This document shows, one piece after another, positions 13,881-24,549 of a stretch of 64,000 nucleotides of DNA (position 1 is its first letter; each line of letters opens with the position of its first letter). The stretch spans positions 13,454,001-13,518,000 of the forward strand of contig JAQFVV010000001.1 in the NCBI GenBank assembly GCA_028023455.1, read 5' to 3'. The translations under genes and the position numbers were made by a program. The notes beneath the pieces were generated by a model. That model worked only from the letters and a program-made list of their open reading frames with translations, searched no databases and had not been told where the DNA came from. Origin of the DNA: Epiperipatus broadwayi (lineage: Eukaryota > Animalia > Onychophora).

Positions 13881-14654
13881 TTGGGAGAGACAAAATTACA
13901 TATTAATTCAAATCAAAAGATAATTGACAAATTGCACAGATTAGGCTACTTTCATTATTCTACATCTAATAGCCCATCAGCTGGGGTTGCTCTTCTTATT
14001 CCTTTCCAATCTCTGATACAAAATTTCAGAATTAGCTTTTTAAACTCTAATTTAATCTTTATAACCATTTGTATAAACTCTTTCAAATTCAATGTAGTTT
14101 TTCTCTACTTAAACAAAAATATTGGGCTCATTCATAATCAAATACATCTCATTAATTTAGGACTTATCTCAAATCCTTTTCCTACAATTCTTCTTGGAGA
14201 CTTCAACTCTACTTATGACTGTTTCAATTCAAAATTTTTACACCTTCTAAATTCTCATTTCATGTGTGCACAGGGTTTTTTCCCACATGATGCATGTTCA
14301 TTTTATACAAAGAAATTTTCTTCTCTTATAGACCTATTATATTACTCTCCGGAACTGCACTTCTTCATCAATCCATCTTTACAACCATTACCTTTCTCTG
14401 ATCATCATGCTATTATGCTTGATCTGACATTAGACTTACCCAATCAAACCTATGTACACCTTAAATCTACAATAAGAATTTTGCTAAAATCTGCTACACC
14501 AGAGGCAATTATCTCTGAAGCTTATATTTTTTTCAAGAAAATAGACATCCTAGCTCTTCCACCAGCTGAATCTTGGTTTGCTTTTATAAAAATTCTTAGT
14601 TCCTTGATTTCTCATTACACCAGAAAGAATAAAAGGACCGATTGGGTTACTTAA
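13881..14654 (+). CDS. APE-type endonuclease domain of the LINE (5' part at ~13765-13880 is frameshifted)
   Basis: GETK, SAGVALLI, ILLGDFN, SFYT, SLID and FSDH catalytic motifs; a probable ATG at 13765 with a decayed GYL-NIN motif upstream. Confidence 0.85.
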   Translation: MGETKLHINSNQKIIDKLHRLGYFHYSTSNSPSAGVALLIPFQSLIQNFRISFLNSNLIFITICINSFKFNVVFLYLNKNIGLIHNQIHLINLGLISNPFPTILLGDFNSTYDCFNSKFLHLLNSHFMCAQGFFPHDACSFYTKKFSSLIDLLYYSPELHFFINPSLQPLPFSDHHAIMLDLTLDLPNQTYVHLKSTIRILLKSATPEAIISEAYIFFKKIDILALPPAESWFAFIKILSSLISHYTRKNKRTDWVT

Positions 14655-14679
14655 GAAAGCAGATAGCTTAATTACAACA

Positions 14680-16968
14680 TTGAAAGATGTACCTCCAACA
14701 CCAGCATCTGTACAGGTTATTATTGACCTGAAGCAACAATATGTAGAGACACACCAAATCCTAATAGACTATCTGGCTACTAAAAAGGCAAGGCTTTACC
14801 TCTCTAAACCTCATAACTTCTCAAGGGGATATATAAGGTGGACTTTGGGTTTTCAAAGTAAGTCTAAAATTCCATCAGCAATCACAGTGAATAATATAAT
14901 TTTCTCGGGTAATAGCATGATTTTACAAATTTTAAATCATTATAAATGCAAGCTAGTAGATGTTTCACAGAATTTGGTGCCCGATACATCTATATATTCT
15001 TGTGAGACAATTCATGGTATTAGTAATGATGATATTAGAGCTAAACTCTCATCCATGCCTGATAGAATACACCCTGGAATACATGGAATACCAAAATTCA
15101 TGTTCAAACATCTTGAAGCCTTCACAGTACCAATAGTGAGTAGAATGGTTGATCTACTTGCCTCAGGTCCCCTTACTATTGATCAACTCTATCCCATTGC
15201 AATGGTCCCATTTCTTAAGAGTGCTACTATCCCATCGCCTCTGGAGAACCTTAGACCAATCTCAATGACTCCATTGATTATTAAACTGATTGAAGCAATT
15301 ATCAAAGATAAAATTCAAAATCTCATTCTGCCTTTTATCTCTAGTTTTCAATTTGCAAAGAAAGGTAGTTCCACAGCTGAGGCACTCTGCCTATTCAGGT
15401 TAATTACGGATTATACAAGAAAAAATAAAAAGTCAAAGCCAATAGTTGTCCAACTTGATATTTCAGCTGCTTTTGACTCAGTCAGAATTCCTCAACTAAT
15501 ACATCTTCTAAGTGGTCTGAACATTCCCACAGGTATAATGAACATCATTACTAACCTTCTATTAAACAGACATATTGCAATTTCATTAAATGGAAAAATT
15601 TCAAACTCATTCACACCTACCAAGTCGATTCCACAGGGTTCTCCTCTTAGTCCCTTACTCTTCATTCTATATATAAATCCATTCCTTAAATCTTTAGAGA
15701 TGAATCTTCCTGGATTGTACATTCCTGGTATCAATAAATCCATTCAGCACATATCCTACATGGATGATGTGGCAGTGTTCTTACCCTCTAGAAAATTCAT
15801 ACCGAAACTAATTCAAATTATGGACAATTTCACCATAGAGTCAGGTCTTGTGTTTAACCTTAGAAAATCTGCTGTATGGAGACTTTCATCTGGAAAATCC
15901 ATTCCATCCTTTTTCACAGCTATGCCACAAAAATTTTTGGGTTTACCAATGAGTCTCTCTCATGCAGCAATGAGGAAATTAATACAAGACACTATCATGA
16001 ATTCTGCTACATCATTATTTGCAAAAACAGCCCTACTCAACATGTTACTGTTCCCCAGAATTGCTTACTACATGCCGTTCATTAAATTTTCATCAAAATT
16101 TATCCAGAATATAAACTCTCTTTGCTCTAGATTAATGTGGAAGGGTAAAACTGTTGCTATTAGCTTAAGAAGAGTGCAGAGACCAACAAGACTTAATGGC
16201 TTGTCACTGCATTCACTTCATGTTCTTTGTCTACAGAAATCAAATAACCTCATTACAAGACTTAATGGGATTTTTCCTGATGACTCACCTTTTCTATCTA
16301 TTCATCCTACAGATACTCCACCTCCAATTAATGATGGTTGGCTGACACAAGTCTTAATTGACATTTCAAAAATTCTCACACCTTTAACTCAATTAAAACC
16401 AACGAAACTTCGTTATTGGGATGCCTATCTTCTTTTTTTTTCAACAATTATCCCAGATCATAGCATTCTCACCTGTACAAACTTTGCCATTATAAAGAAA
16501 TATAAAAGATGTAATCTAGAGCCAAAATATTTGGACTTTCTTCTAAAGCTAAATCTCAATGCCCTTCCAACAAGCCACTTTCTTGTGATGCATAGAGGTT
16601 TTTCATCTTTGGACCCTGTTTGCTCACTCTGCCATAGGGAGGATGATACCATATTTCACATTTTCAACAATTGTTCCTCTCTTCAGGGCTGTAGAATATT
16701 GATTAATAAAATTTATACACCAAAACATCCAATTATCAACACACTCATAAAAGGTTTTGCTTATGGGGATTTTGCAATTATAAGAAGTGCAATTTTCATC
16801 ACTTTCTGTCTATGGTTTGTCAGATGCTTCATAATCTTCAAGTCTGTTATACCTGATCCAACATTAATTTTTTTACAAAAATTAAAAGATATCAAAGAAA
16901 GAGATTTGAAGTTAGCTCCTCACCTAATAGCAAATTCCACATGGAATCTTATTAATATTGGACATTAA
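14680..16968 (+). CDS. Reverse transcriptase plus C-terminal CCHC-type (zf-RVT-like) domain of the LINE
   Basis: PGIHG, LRPISM, QLDISAAFDSV, PQGSPLSPLLF, YMDD, KFLG and LPT...CSLC..EDDTIFHIFNNC; 762-codon open frame with an ~11-codon in-frame deletion relative to copy 2. Confidence 0.9.
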   Translation: MKDVPPTPASVQVIIDLKQQYVETHQILIDYLATKKARLYLSKPHNFSRGYIRWTLGFQSKSKIPSAITVNNIIFSGNSMILQILNHYKCKLVDVSQNLVPDTSIYSCETIHGISNDDIRAKLSSMPDRIHPGIHGIPKFMFKHLEAFTVPIVSRMVDLLASGPLTIDQLYPIAMVPFLKSATIPSPLENLRPISMTPLIIKLIEAIIKDKIQNLILPFISSFQFAKKGSSTAEALCLFRLITDYTRKNKKSKPIVVQLDISAAFDSVRIPQLIHLLSGLNIPTGIMNIITNLLLNRHIAISLNGKISNSFTPTKSIPQGSPLSPLLFILYINPFLKSLEMNLPGLYIPGINKSIQHISYMDDVAVFLPSRKFIPKLIQIMDNFTIESGLVFNLRKSAVWRLSSGKSIPSFFTAMPQKFLGLPMSLSHAAMRKLIQDTIMNSATSLFAKTALLNMLLFPRIAYYMPFIKFSSKFIQNINSLCSRLMWKGKTVAISLRRVQRPTRLNGLSLHSLHVLCLQKSNNLITRLNGIFPDDSPFLSIHPTDTPPPINDGWLTQVLIDISKILTPLTQLKPTKLRYWDAYLLFFSTIIPDHSILTCTNFAIIKKYKRCNLEPKYLDFLLKLNLNALPTSHFLVMHRGFSSLDPVCSLCHREDDTIFHIFNNCSSLQGCRILINKIYTPKHPIINTLIKGFAYGDFAIIRSAIFITFCLWFVRCFIIFKSVIPDPTLIFLQKLKDIKERDLKLAPHLIANSTWNLINIGH

Positions 16969-17294
16969 GTAATTTAATGGTTTATAAATGTATTGCCAAA
17001 TTTAATGTTATTTTATAATTTTTTCTTTATTCTAAACATAGTTAAATAAACCTGTTTTTGATACTTTAGATAAGTGGTGCCCAACAACTTAGCTTGAGCC
17101 AATTTAGAATTTAAAATTTTTAGGTGATCCACAAATAAAATTAGCATTTTTAATATTTCAATTTTAAACGTATTTAATGTACAAATAATAAAAATGTACC
17201 ATATCGTAAAGAAAATATGTAATTATATACTTCTATCTGTTACAGATTTAAATACAAATCAAATACCGGGAAAACATTTTAATGTGAAACCTGA

Positions 17295-17500
17295 CATTAA
17301 AACAGGCAAAACTCTTTATACAGTAGTGCCACTCAGTGCAAGCCAGAGTAAATCAGTGGATGCCAGGAGGCTTGTGCATAAAATCCCTATCTAGTGCCTA
17401 CTCATCCAGCTTGTGACTTTTATCATTGAGGAGAGTTTTGTCTGTTTTAATAACAGTTATGAGCAAACATAAGAAATGGTGATCATGTGATGTTTAGTGG
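17295..17500 (+). repeat. Internally deleted copy of the foldback family, inside hAT2
   Basis: cagtagtgccactcagtgcaagccagag...taaaatccctatctagtgcctactcat matches the left arm at 62.4 kb; short IRs aacaggcaaaactct/agagttttgtctgtt; same atggtgatcatgtgatgttt tail. Confidence 0.75.
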
Positions 17501-19266
17501 TTTAAAATCTGACATTGCATGTCGTTTGCTAGTTCATTATACTCTGGCACATATAATGTGCTAAAGTCATGTAGTCTTATTCGTTATCCTAGATCTGAAC
17601 TTTGATTTTAAAAAAGTTCATTGCTGAAAATCACTTTCACAAAGTTAAGTTGATCCAAAGTTAGGAGTTTAACATTTGAAAAGTTTTCTTTAAGAATGCA
17701 TATTTTTTCTCATCTACAAGTATTCAAAAATCTTTTTGCGATACTCTTGTTTTTAATTGTAGATCAGGTTGAAAATCATTTATTTCCATTTCAGAATTAG
17801 TGGTATTTTAATTTAGCATACTTGCAATCTGTTGCAATATTTCAGAAATATTAGTATTTAATAAATGGAATTAAAATGAATGAAGCACTTGGCTGAACTT
17901 TACAAAAGTCAGAAAATCTAATTTTGAAATTATTTTTAAGTTCAAAGAGATTTGCAAAATATTTTTCTATTTCAATTTTCTTATATTTCTTAACATAGTT
18001 CTCTAAATTTGGAAAGTGACTAAAATTATATTCCTTTATTTGGGATATCTACAAATGTAATTTGCATTTAAATGCCTTTTCTATAGTTTTTTGTTTTCTC
18101 TGGAGTTAAAGATTGAATATATTCATTTTTGATGTTATACCTATAGGAAAAGCTGAATCAGATACTGAGCTATGATCATTAAGTTAGTTCTTTATAAGTT
18201 TCATTTCTAAATTCTATAAATTGTTTTATTTCTGGAAGAAGCTCTGAAAATTGCTGTAGGACATCTTCCTTGCTAAGCCATTGAACTTCAAAATGTAACA
18301 TTAAAGTTCCATACTCAGCAACAAGATGGTCTGGAATGAATAGAATTTATAATTTTTAGAACAACTTTCATGACACGTTCCTAATGCAGCACTTTTGTAC
18401 ATAATTCTAATTGATGCATGATGCAGTGGTAGTGAAAAAAGTTTGGAAACTCAGCATCATTCATACATAATGTGATAAATCCAACATCAGAACCAATCAT
18501 GGAAGGTGCAGCATCTGTTGTTATGGGCACAAGTTTTTGAAGTGGGGAATTAATTTCTTTAATGTGTTTTTAATAACATGGTGTATATCTTCTCCACATG
18601 TACTTCCTTTTAATAAAAACATTGACAATATATCTTCTTTTACTGAGCAATTGTTAAAGATTATTCTTATAAAAATATTTATTTGAGCTATATAGCAGAT
18701 GTCTGTTGATTCATCACACTGTAAACTTAGAAAAATACATTTTTGTAAATCATTTTTTTTTTGTGCTCTGATATTTTCAGACATTGCTTTTATTCTAGGA
18801 TTGAATGAATTCCTGAATAATTGCACTTCTTGGACAACTGACATAATTTCATTCTTATTTTTAAATTCTTAAAATAATATTTCTGATGCAGCAAGCATTG
18901 TTTTTTTAATTATTTTGTTGTGCTCAAGATTTTTTGTGCAGTAAAAATGTATGTGCAACCTTTAATGATGCAATTGTAGCAGCTTTTGTTTTATTCACAA
19001 TTCTGGTAAACATTAATTGTTGGGCAACTAATACAGGTTTCATTTTTTTCACTTTAGATTTTCTTAAATATTATTAGAAGAATTTTCAGTATCATATTTT
19101 TCTGGAACTGTTGTAAAAGGTCATTCTATGTTGTATTTTTTCCTCACAGCAACTGTTGAGCAACAAATCAGACAAAAACATTTGTTCTTAAAATAAATAT
19201 AAAATATTTCTCTTCCCATTCCTCATGAAAATAATTGTTGTATACACCCCCCCCTCTCTGGCTCAT
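17495..19266 (-). pseudogene. hAT transposase pseudogene (GTF2IRD2-like)
   Basis: Minus-strand fragments FHEEWEEKYF..KNKCFCLIC, SLQCDESTDI..IAQ..IFIR, LKGSTCGEDI and C-terminal CESDF..FLKSKFRSRIT...YNELANDMQCQ. Confidence 0.85.
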
Positions 19267-22200
19267 ATGCAGATATAATTAAGATAACTATCAAATAATT
19301 ATTAATATATTAATGATTATTATACATAGAAAAAGCATATATTTTTATACTTAGATGAAACGATCTGTCAATTGCCACACAACTTTGAAAATTCACTTGT
19401 GTAAAGAAGTATTACAAAATAACTCAACTGACTGCATTCCTGGTAACTACAACTCTGTATTGTGCTTCAGTGGTATGAAAGTAGAGCCACTTGGAACTTC
19501 TGTGTCATTGAGTTTGAATTGTTCATAAAATGAGCCACAATAAAAGGTTGCATGAACCACATGTGGCTCCCAAACTACAGGTTAAGAATTTCTATTCTAG
19601 ATTTTTAAATTCAAATACTACTGTTAAGAAAGATGAATAAAATTTTGTGAATATCTGTCCAACATAATATTTTATTACACTTAATCTTTATTTCTAGTAA
19701 TCATTTCAATAATAAACAAAAATGCAACATAATTTCATGTTTTACTCTAGTAGTGAATCAATACAAGAGAAATGTTTTACCAATACAGATTTTTAGATAC
19801 AAAATAAATCAATGAACTTTTTGTTAGAGCAATAGTTATTTGATAATCAAGTTAAACTCATATTATCACAATGTGGTTTATCGAATTTATTTAAACTACC
19901 ATTAAATCAAGTTATATTACTTTTAAGTCAATAATGAATAATGAAGAAATGGTGATCATGTGATGTTTATTGGCTTAATAATGAATAATCAAATAATAAA
20001 ATTGTCTCTTTTCATATGCTTAATAATTCAGTACCAGTAAAAAATATGCATCTGGTGAACACTTTCAACTTCTTATTTACTATTATATTTTTTGGCTTGA
20101 AATTTAAAAATCTAAATGTCTTAACTTCTAATTGCTTTGGTTCCAGCTTTGAATTCTAAATTCTCATTGATAAAGGCTAAAGCTAGAAAATGATCTGGGA
20201 TGGAAATTAAAATTGCATGTCCATTTGATAATTATTCATAATATAAAAGGTGAAAAATGTTCTTATTTAATATAATAATTTTTGATTTTATTTTCATATC
20301 ATTTAACCATCTAGAAAATAATGAAAGTTAAAAATGTATACATTCTTTTCAACAATATGTAATTTGTTTAATTATATTTTGTCATTTTTTTTGACAAAAT
20401 TCGTTTGTAAATGTTATTGTTTTATTATACTAATTATTTTCAAAACTTTTTTTCTATGGATAGGAGGAAAAAAATGTGAATCTTTGATTCATTTTTTTCC
20501 AGCAGGTGACCTGAGTTCGAATTTAGGCTAAATAAATTTGAATTTTTTTTCAGTAAGGTTGGAATTTTTCTCTTGGATAACTGACCTATAACTAATCCAA
20601 TTAACCATCCAGTATTAGTCGGTAAATAAGTATCTATCCTTAGCTTGAAAGTAAAACAAGAATATTCAAATTCTTTTTCCCTGGAAATTGGCATGCTTGG
20701 TAAATACTATTTCTATGAAGAACATCGTTGCATTGCAATGCACTATTTAAGAATTGATTTCCTTGCCTTTTATGATTAATAAAAAGTAGCAACTATATAT
20801 TATTTCTCTGACAAATACTTTTATAGAAAATGAAAAAAATAATTTATTTTCAACTAATTAAAAAAATCAACTGAAAAATGAAATTTATTTTAAATAGAAT
20901 TTCAAAATGATTCAAATCTGCTAATGATCCATTACTGATGCCACTTCTAAGTGCTGACCTCTATTATTAATTACAATATTTCTATACAAAAATCGACTGC
21001 AATTGCTTAATAAAAAATTAAATTATTTTTAATAATCTCTGATTATTCGGAAAAACTAAAATGAATGAAATATTTTGTACAAGAATTAAATATATAAATG
21101 GCTCTCAGCAATATGATATAAATGTCATATGTTTTCTTAACTTTTTCCCTTTCATTAGTCACTACTAAATAACTTTATAAAAAAACTGCAACTTTCAGTA
21201 GTTCCTTCAAGAAACAATTTTCCTAAGCTATTTTACACTTTCTCGCATATATATTTAGAATGAGTGTTCCTTTTTTTTTTTTTCATGTGGTATGGTAATT
21301 AAATAACCAGTACTACTTCGACTGGAACTTACACTACCCTAATTTGTATATATATAAAGAACTTGATAAAATTGATAAATTAATTTAATAGACTCACACA
21401 TGTATATAAAACACACATATGTAAAATACTCTGCATGGTTTGATGTATAAATAATGGCAGATTCTGGAACTTAAGATCCACGATTGGTTCCAATCTGTTA
21501 GTTCCAGCACTCGAACTTGTTATGAACTCTCGAGAAATTAAGCATATTTGATTATTTTATGTACATATAAAATTATTATATGAATAATTTAATTGAAATA
21601 GCGGATAAACTCTATATTGTCTATAAATTATTTATTACATCATTAAGTATAAAATTGCACATAGATAAATGTTATAAAGAGCTCAGTAAAGTTAATAATG
21701 CAATTTAAACAGTGAGATAGTAAAAATGAATTATATTATGGAATGGTATCCATTGGCAAATTACCACTGATGATGATCAAATGTTGTTACTTAATCGTAG
21801 TACTGTACTTTGTTATCTCTTTATCTTCTTATATATATAAACTTATTTTCGTTATTTATTTTAAAATTAATTTCCCAACTATGTAAGCCATCATTTGTCC
21901 CCCCCAAATTAATATTTTAAAATAAATAATAAGAATAATAATTTTATAAACTGAAAATTATATTTTACACAGCAAATTTTTTTTATTACAAGTTTTTTTT
22001 AATTACCGATTAGTTAAACTCACTTTAACTATTTCTTAATTTTTAAATATCATACCGGTTACGAATCGATCTTTCCAGCTTCTCAGATATTCTTCTTTTT
22101 TTAAATTATTATTGTTCATATTTTTTATAAACCATAATATTTACACCATTTTTCTTTAACTCAAAAGCATATATATATATATCTCCAAACAGCACCTGGT

Positions 22201-22814
22201 AAATGAATTAAATTTTTTTCCAGTTATTAACTGAAAAAATGCATTAGCAATTTATCAAGGTTGCGTAATAATTCAAAATAAAACAATATATGGTCTCTTA
22301 TTTGGCTCCCAACTGAGCACAATAGTTTTATTCAAGTGACCAAATTAAATAACATTTCTTTTAGTTCATCAATATTTAGTTATGTATATTGTAAGAATTA
22401 TCTTTAGACAGATTGACATTATTAATTCACTAGATATTATGGTCAAGCAATAACACGATGATTATTAGTGGATTTTGTTATTGCTTGCTATTTCGTCATA
22501 TAGTGTGTTGTAGTATCTCAGTTTCACATCTATATTATAAATTTTGATGAACTTTTATGCACTTAATATGCTTATTTAATCAGAACATTTATGATTGTCT
22601 AAAATCTAGATTTAACTCATTAACAGGTTTATTTGTATGCATTGCTTATTATATGCTTTCCATTAATCTTATATTTTTGTAATATTGTTTTATTTTTATT
22701 CTCTAATATTTATAAATAATTATAGTTAATAACGTTTTTTTGACCACTGCAACACAATCACATTTACTGTATAATAAAATTCATCTGTTATATATATATG
22801 TAAATGCATTTTAG

Positions 22815-22967
22815 GAAAGATATTTTCATCCAGTTACCAAAGAAGGGTATATTCCTTATCGTCTTAAAACTATTCGCAAGCACATTCCAGAATCCATGAA
22901 AAAATATAAGCCTCGGAAAGGCCGTTTATCAAGAAAAAATGATTTCCAATCTGTCAGAGCAGCATGA
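22815..22967 (+). CDS. Terminal coding exon of the SAMD3-like host gene (ERYFHPVTKEGYIPYRLKTIRKHIPESMKKYKPRKGRLSRKNDFQSVRAA*)
   Basis: ttttag acceptor ending at 22814; phase 0 matches the donor at 6723; the join TGY|ERYF..V.KEGYI.YRLKTIR completes the family motif GYE.F...G..GYL..RLK..R; TGA at 22965-22967. Confidence 0.85.
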   Translation, partial: ERYFHPVTKEGYIPYRLKTIRKHIPESMKKYKPRKGRLSRKNDFQSVRAA

Positions 22968-23074
22968 TACTAGAAAAAATACATCGGTGATATCTTTAAA
23001 GTATTCAGACATTTGTATAATCATTTAGAAGTATTTTTATATTCTCCTAAGAATATTTTTTGCCTTTATTTTTT

Positions 23075-23080
23075 AATAAA
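23075..23080 (+). promoter_or_regulatory. Candidate polyadenylation signal AATAAA
   Basis: First AATAAA ~110 nt after the stop codon, followed by T-rich sequence; the hexamer is common in such AT-rich DNA. Confidence 0.35.
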
Positions 23081-24211
23081 ACATTTTTTTCTATTTTTAA
23101 TGTTTTGTTTTTTATTATATATAATCATATGAAGAAACAAATTTAGAAATGAAATTAGTTTTAGTATTATTAATTGAGCAATATTATTGGATGCAAAATC
23201 CATCACTTTCATGAATGACAATTTGTTTTATTCTTTTTAATAGCATATCTATTATGCCAACTTTTCTCACCTTCTACCCTTTTGAATATTATGCACTTTT
23301 TAAACAAAATATTTCACATTATACCCCAAAATAAGTCATTTTAACCAATTATTTCATTTATGTTTCAAATAAAAATTTTAAGTATATCTGATAATGTATG
23401 TACTTTTTCATTTTCTTTACTTTGTATGGCATCATCTTTTCCAGAAACAGTGTTAACTTTGACATCAAATCATGATATTTCACAGAAAAATCATAACTCT
23501 ATGTTTAAAGATTAATTTTAAAGATCATTTCTATGCTTTTCAATGCAATTGAGCCTAGAGTCTGTTTGGGATGAATTTCTCAACTACCAAATTCTTTGTT
23601 TTTATAAATGATCCAAAATAGCAAAATTGTCTATGACTTATATTGTATGTCTTCACCATTAATTTCACAGGTAGTTTTGAATTTCTATTGTTTTTCATTT
23701 TGTTTTTTAACCTTTCTATTAATTATCATCAATTCTTCTCAGTTTATAGTTATCCATGGAATGATGCTTATTAAACCAATTCTAATCTATATTTTCTTTG
23801 TTCAATCAGGCCTTTTTATTATTAATTTTTATCATGTAAGTTGAGTAATGATAACATGCAACCATAACTATTTTTCAATATAAAGTAGATTAGACTGTAA
23901 CTTCTAAATATATTGGAAGATACCTTATAAAAATAATTAAATACTATTAGAAACTAAATCAAAAATCTTGTTGAAATATAGAAATATGAGTAATATTTTT
24001 CTGGTACTCTCTGACCTTGCTCCTTTATCTTATCTGAAAAAGTTTTTACATATTAAAGTTCTTCAGTATAGGTTGTATTTATATATGGGACTATTTCCAT
24101 TATCTAATATTAAGTATTGGATGTCTTTAGAAAAAGTTAACTTTATTTAAATTTTTGAATTATATTCAACTGTTAGTAATAGCACACAGGTTAATATATG
24201 CACAGCATTTC

Positions 24212-24411
24212 AAGTGGTATTATTTTCCTTTCTTCTTCAGATGTTGCTGGCCTGATCAATGACAGCCTAGACCCTTAGATTTTTGAATACTGAATTTGAA
24301 GTAACACTCTAACCAAATGAGCCATCCTGCCAAATAGGTTTCATTCTCATGCTAGTACTGTAACTGATCAGGCCAGCAGCATCTGAAGAGGAGAAGAGAA
24401 TAACACTATTT
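24212..24411. repeat. Small inverted-repeat element (~47-bp arms) enclosing a tRNA-like SINE head on the minus strand
   Basis: cttcttcagatgttgctggcctgatca (24232-24258) versus tgatcaggccagcagcatctgaagagg (24365-24391); interior reverse complement ggcaggatggctcatttggttagagtg (A-box-like). Confidence 0.65.
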
Positions 24412-24549
24412 TTCAGTGTAAGTCTCTGATGCATGTGTTAGTTTGCATTTTTGCTAAGAAGAAAATATAAATTATTTTACTTAAATTTATATATCATTGG
24501 GTAATTTTTCAAATTAATTAGCATAATTTAGATTTTATTTTCTATTACA

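Larger units (their letters stand above)
13714..17060 (+). mobile_element. Divergent L1/Tx1-group non-LTR retrotransposon, copy 1 (APE-RT-zinc finger)
   Basis: 15-bp direct repeat atactttagataagt at 13699-13713 and 17061-17075 (TSD). The 3' end AATAAAcctgtttttgat matches the 3' end of copy 2. Contains APE and RT ORFs. Confidence 0.9.
17072..19594 (-). mobile_element. Second hAT (GTF2IRD2/Charlie-type) DNA transposon, decayed
   Basis: Left TIR aagtggtgcccaac; right end gagccac...catgtggctcccaaactacaggttaagaatttcta. TSD-like ctttagat (17064-17071) and ttctagat (19595-19602), 6/8 match with central TA. Confidence 0.75.

Noticed and set aside
15492-16652. Short alternative-frame and antisense ORFs inside the LINE RT
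   Set aside because: Shadow ORFs of the real RT frame, with no motifs of their own.
22040-22092. Minus-strand hammerhead-like remnant (aatat CTGAGAA...C GTAA CCGG TA tgatatt) of Penelope type
   Set aside because: The core is mutated at several invariant positions (CUGANGA, GAAA) and stem II does not pair; at best a dead relic.
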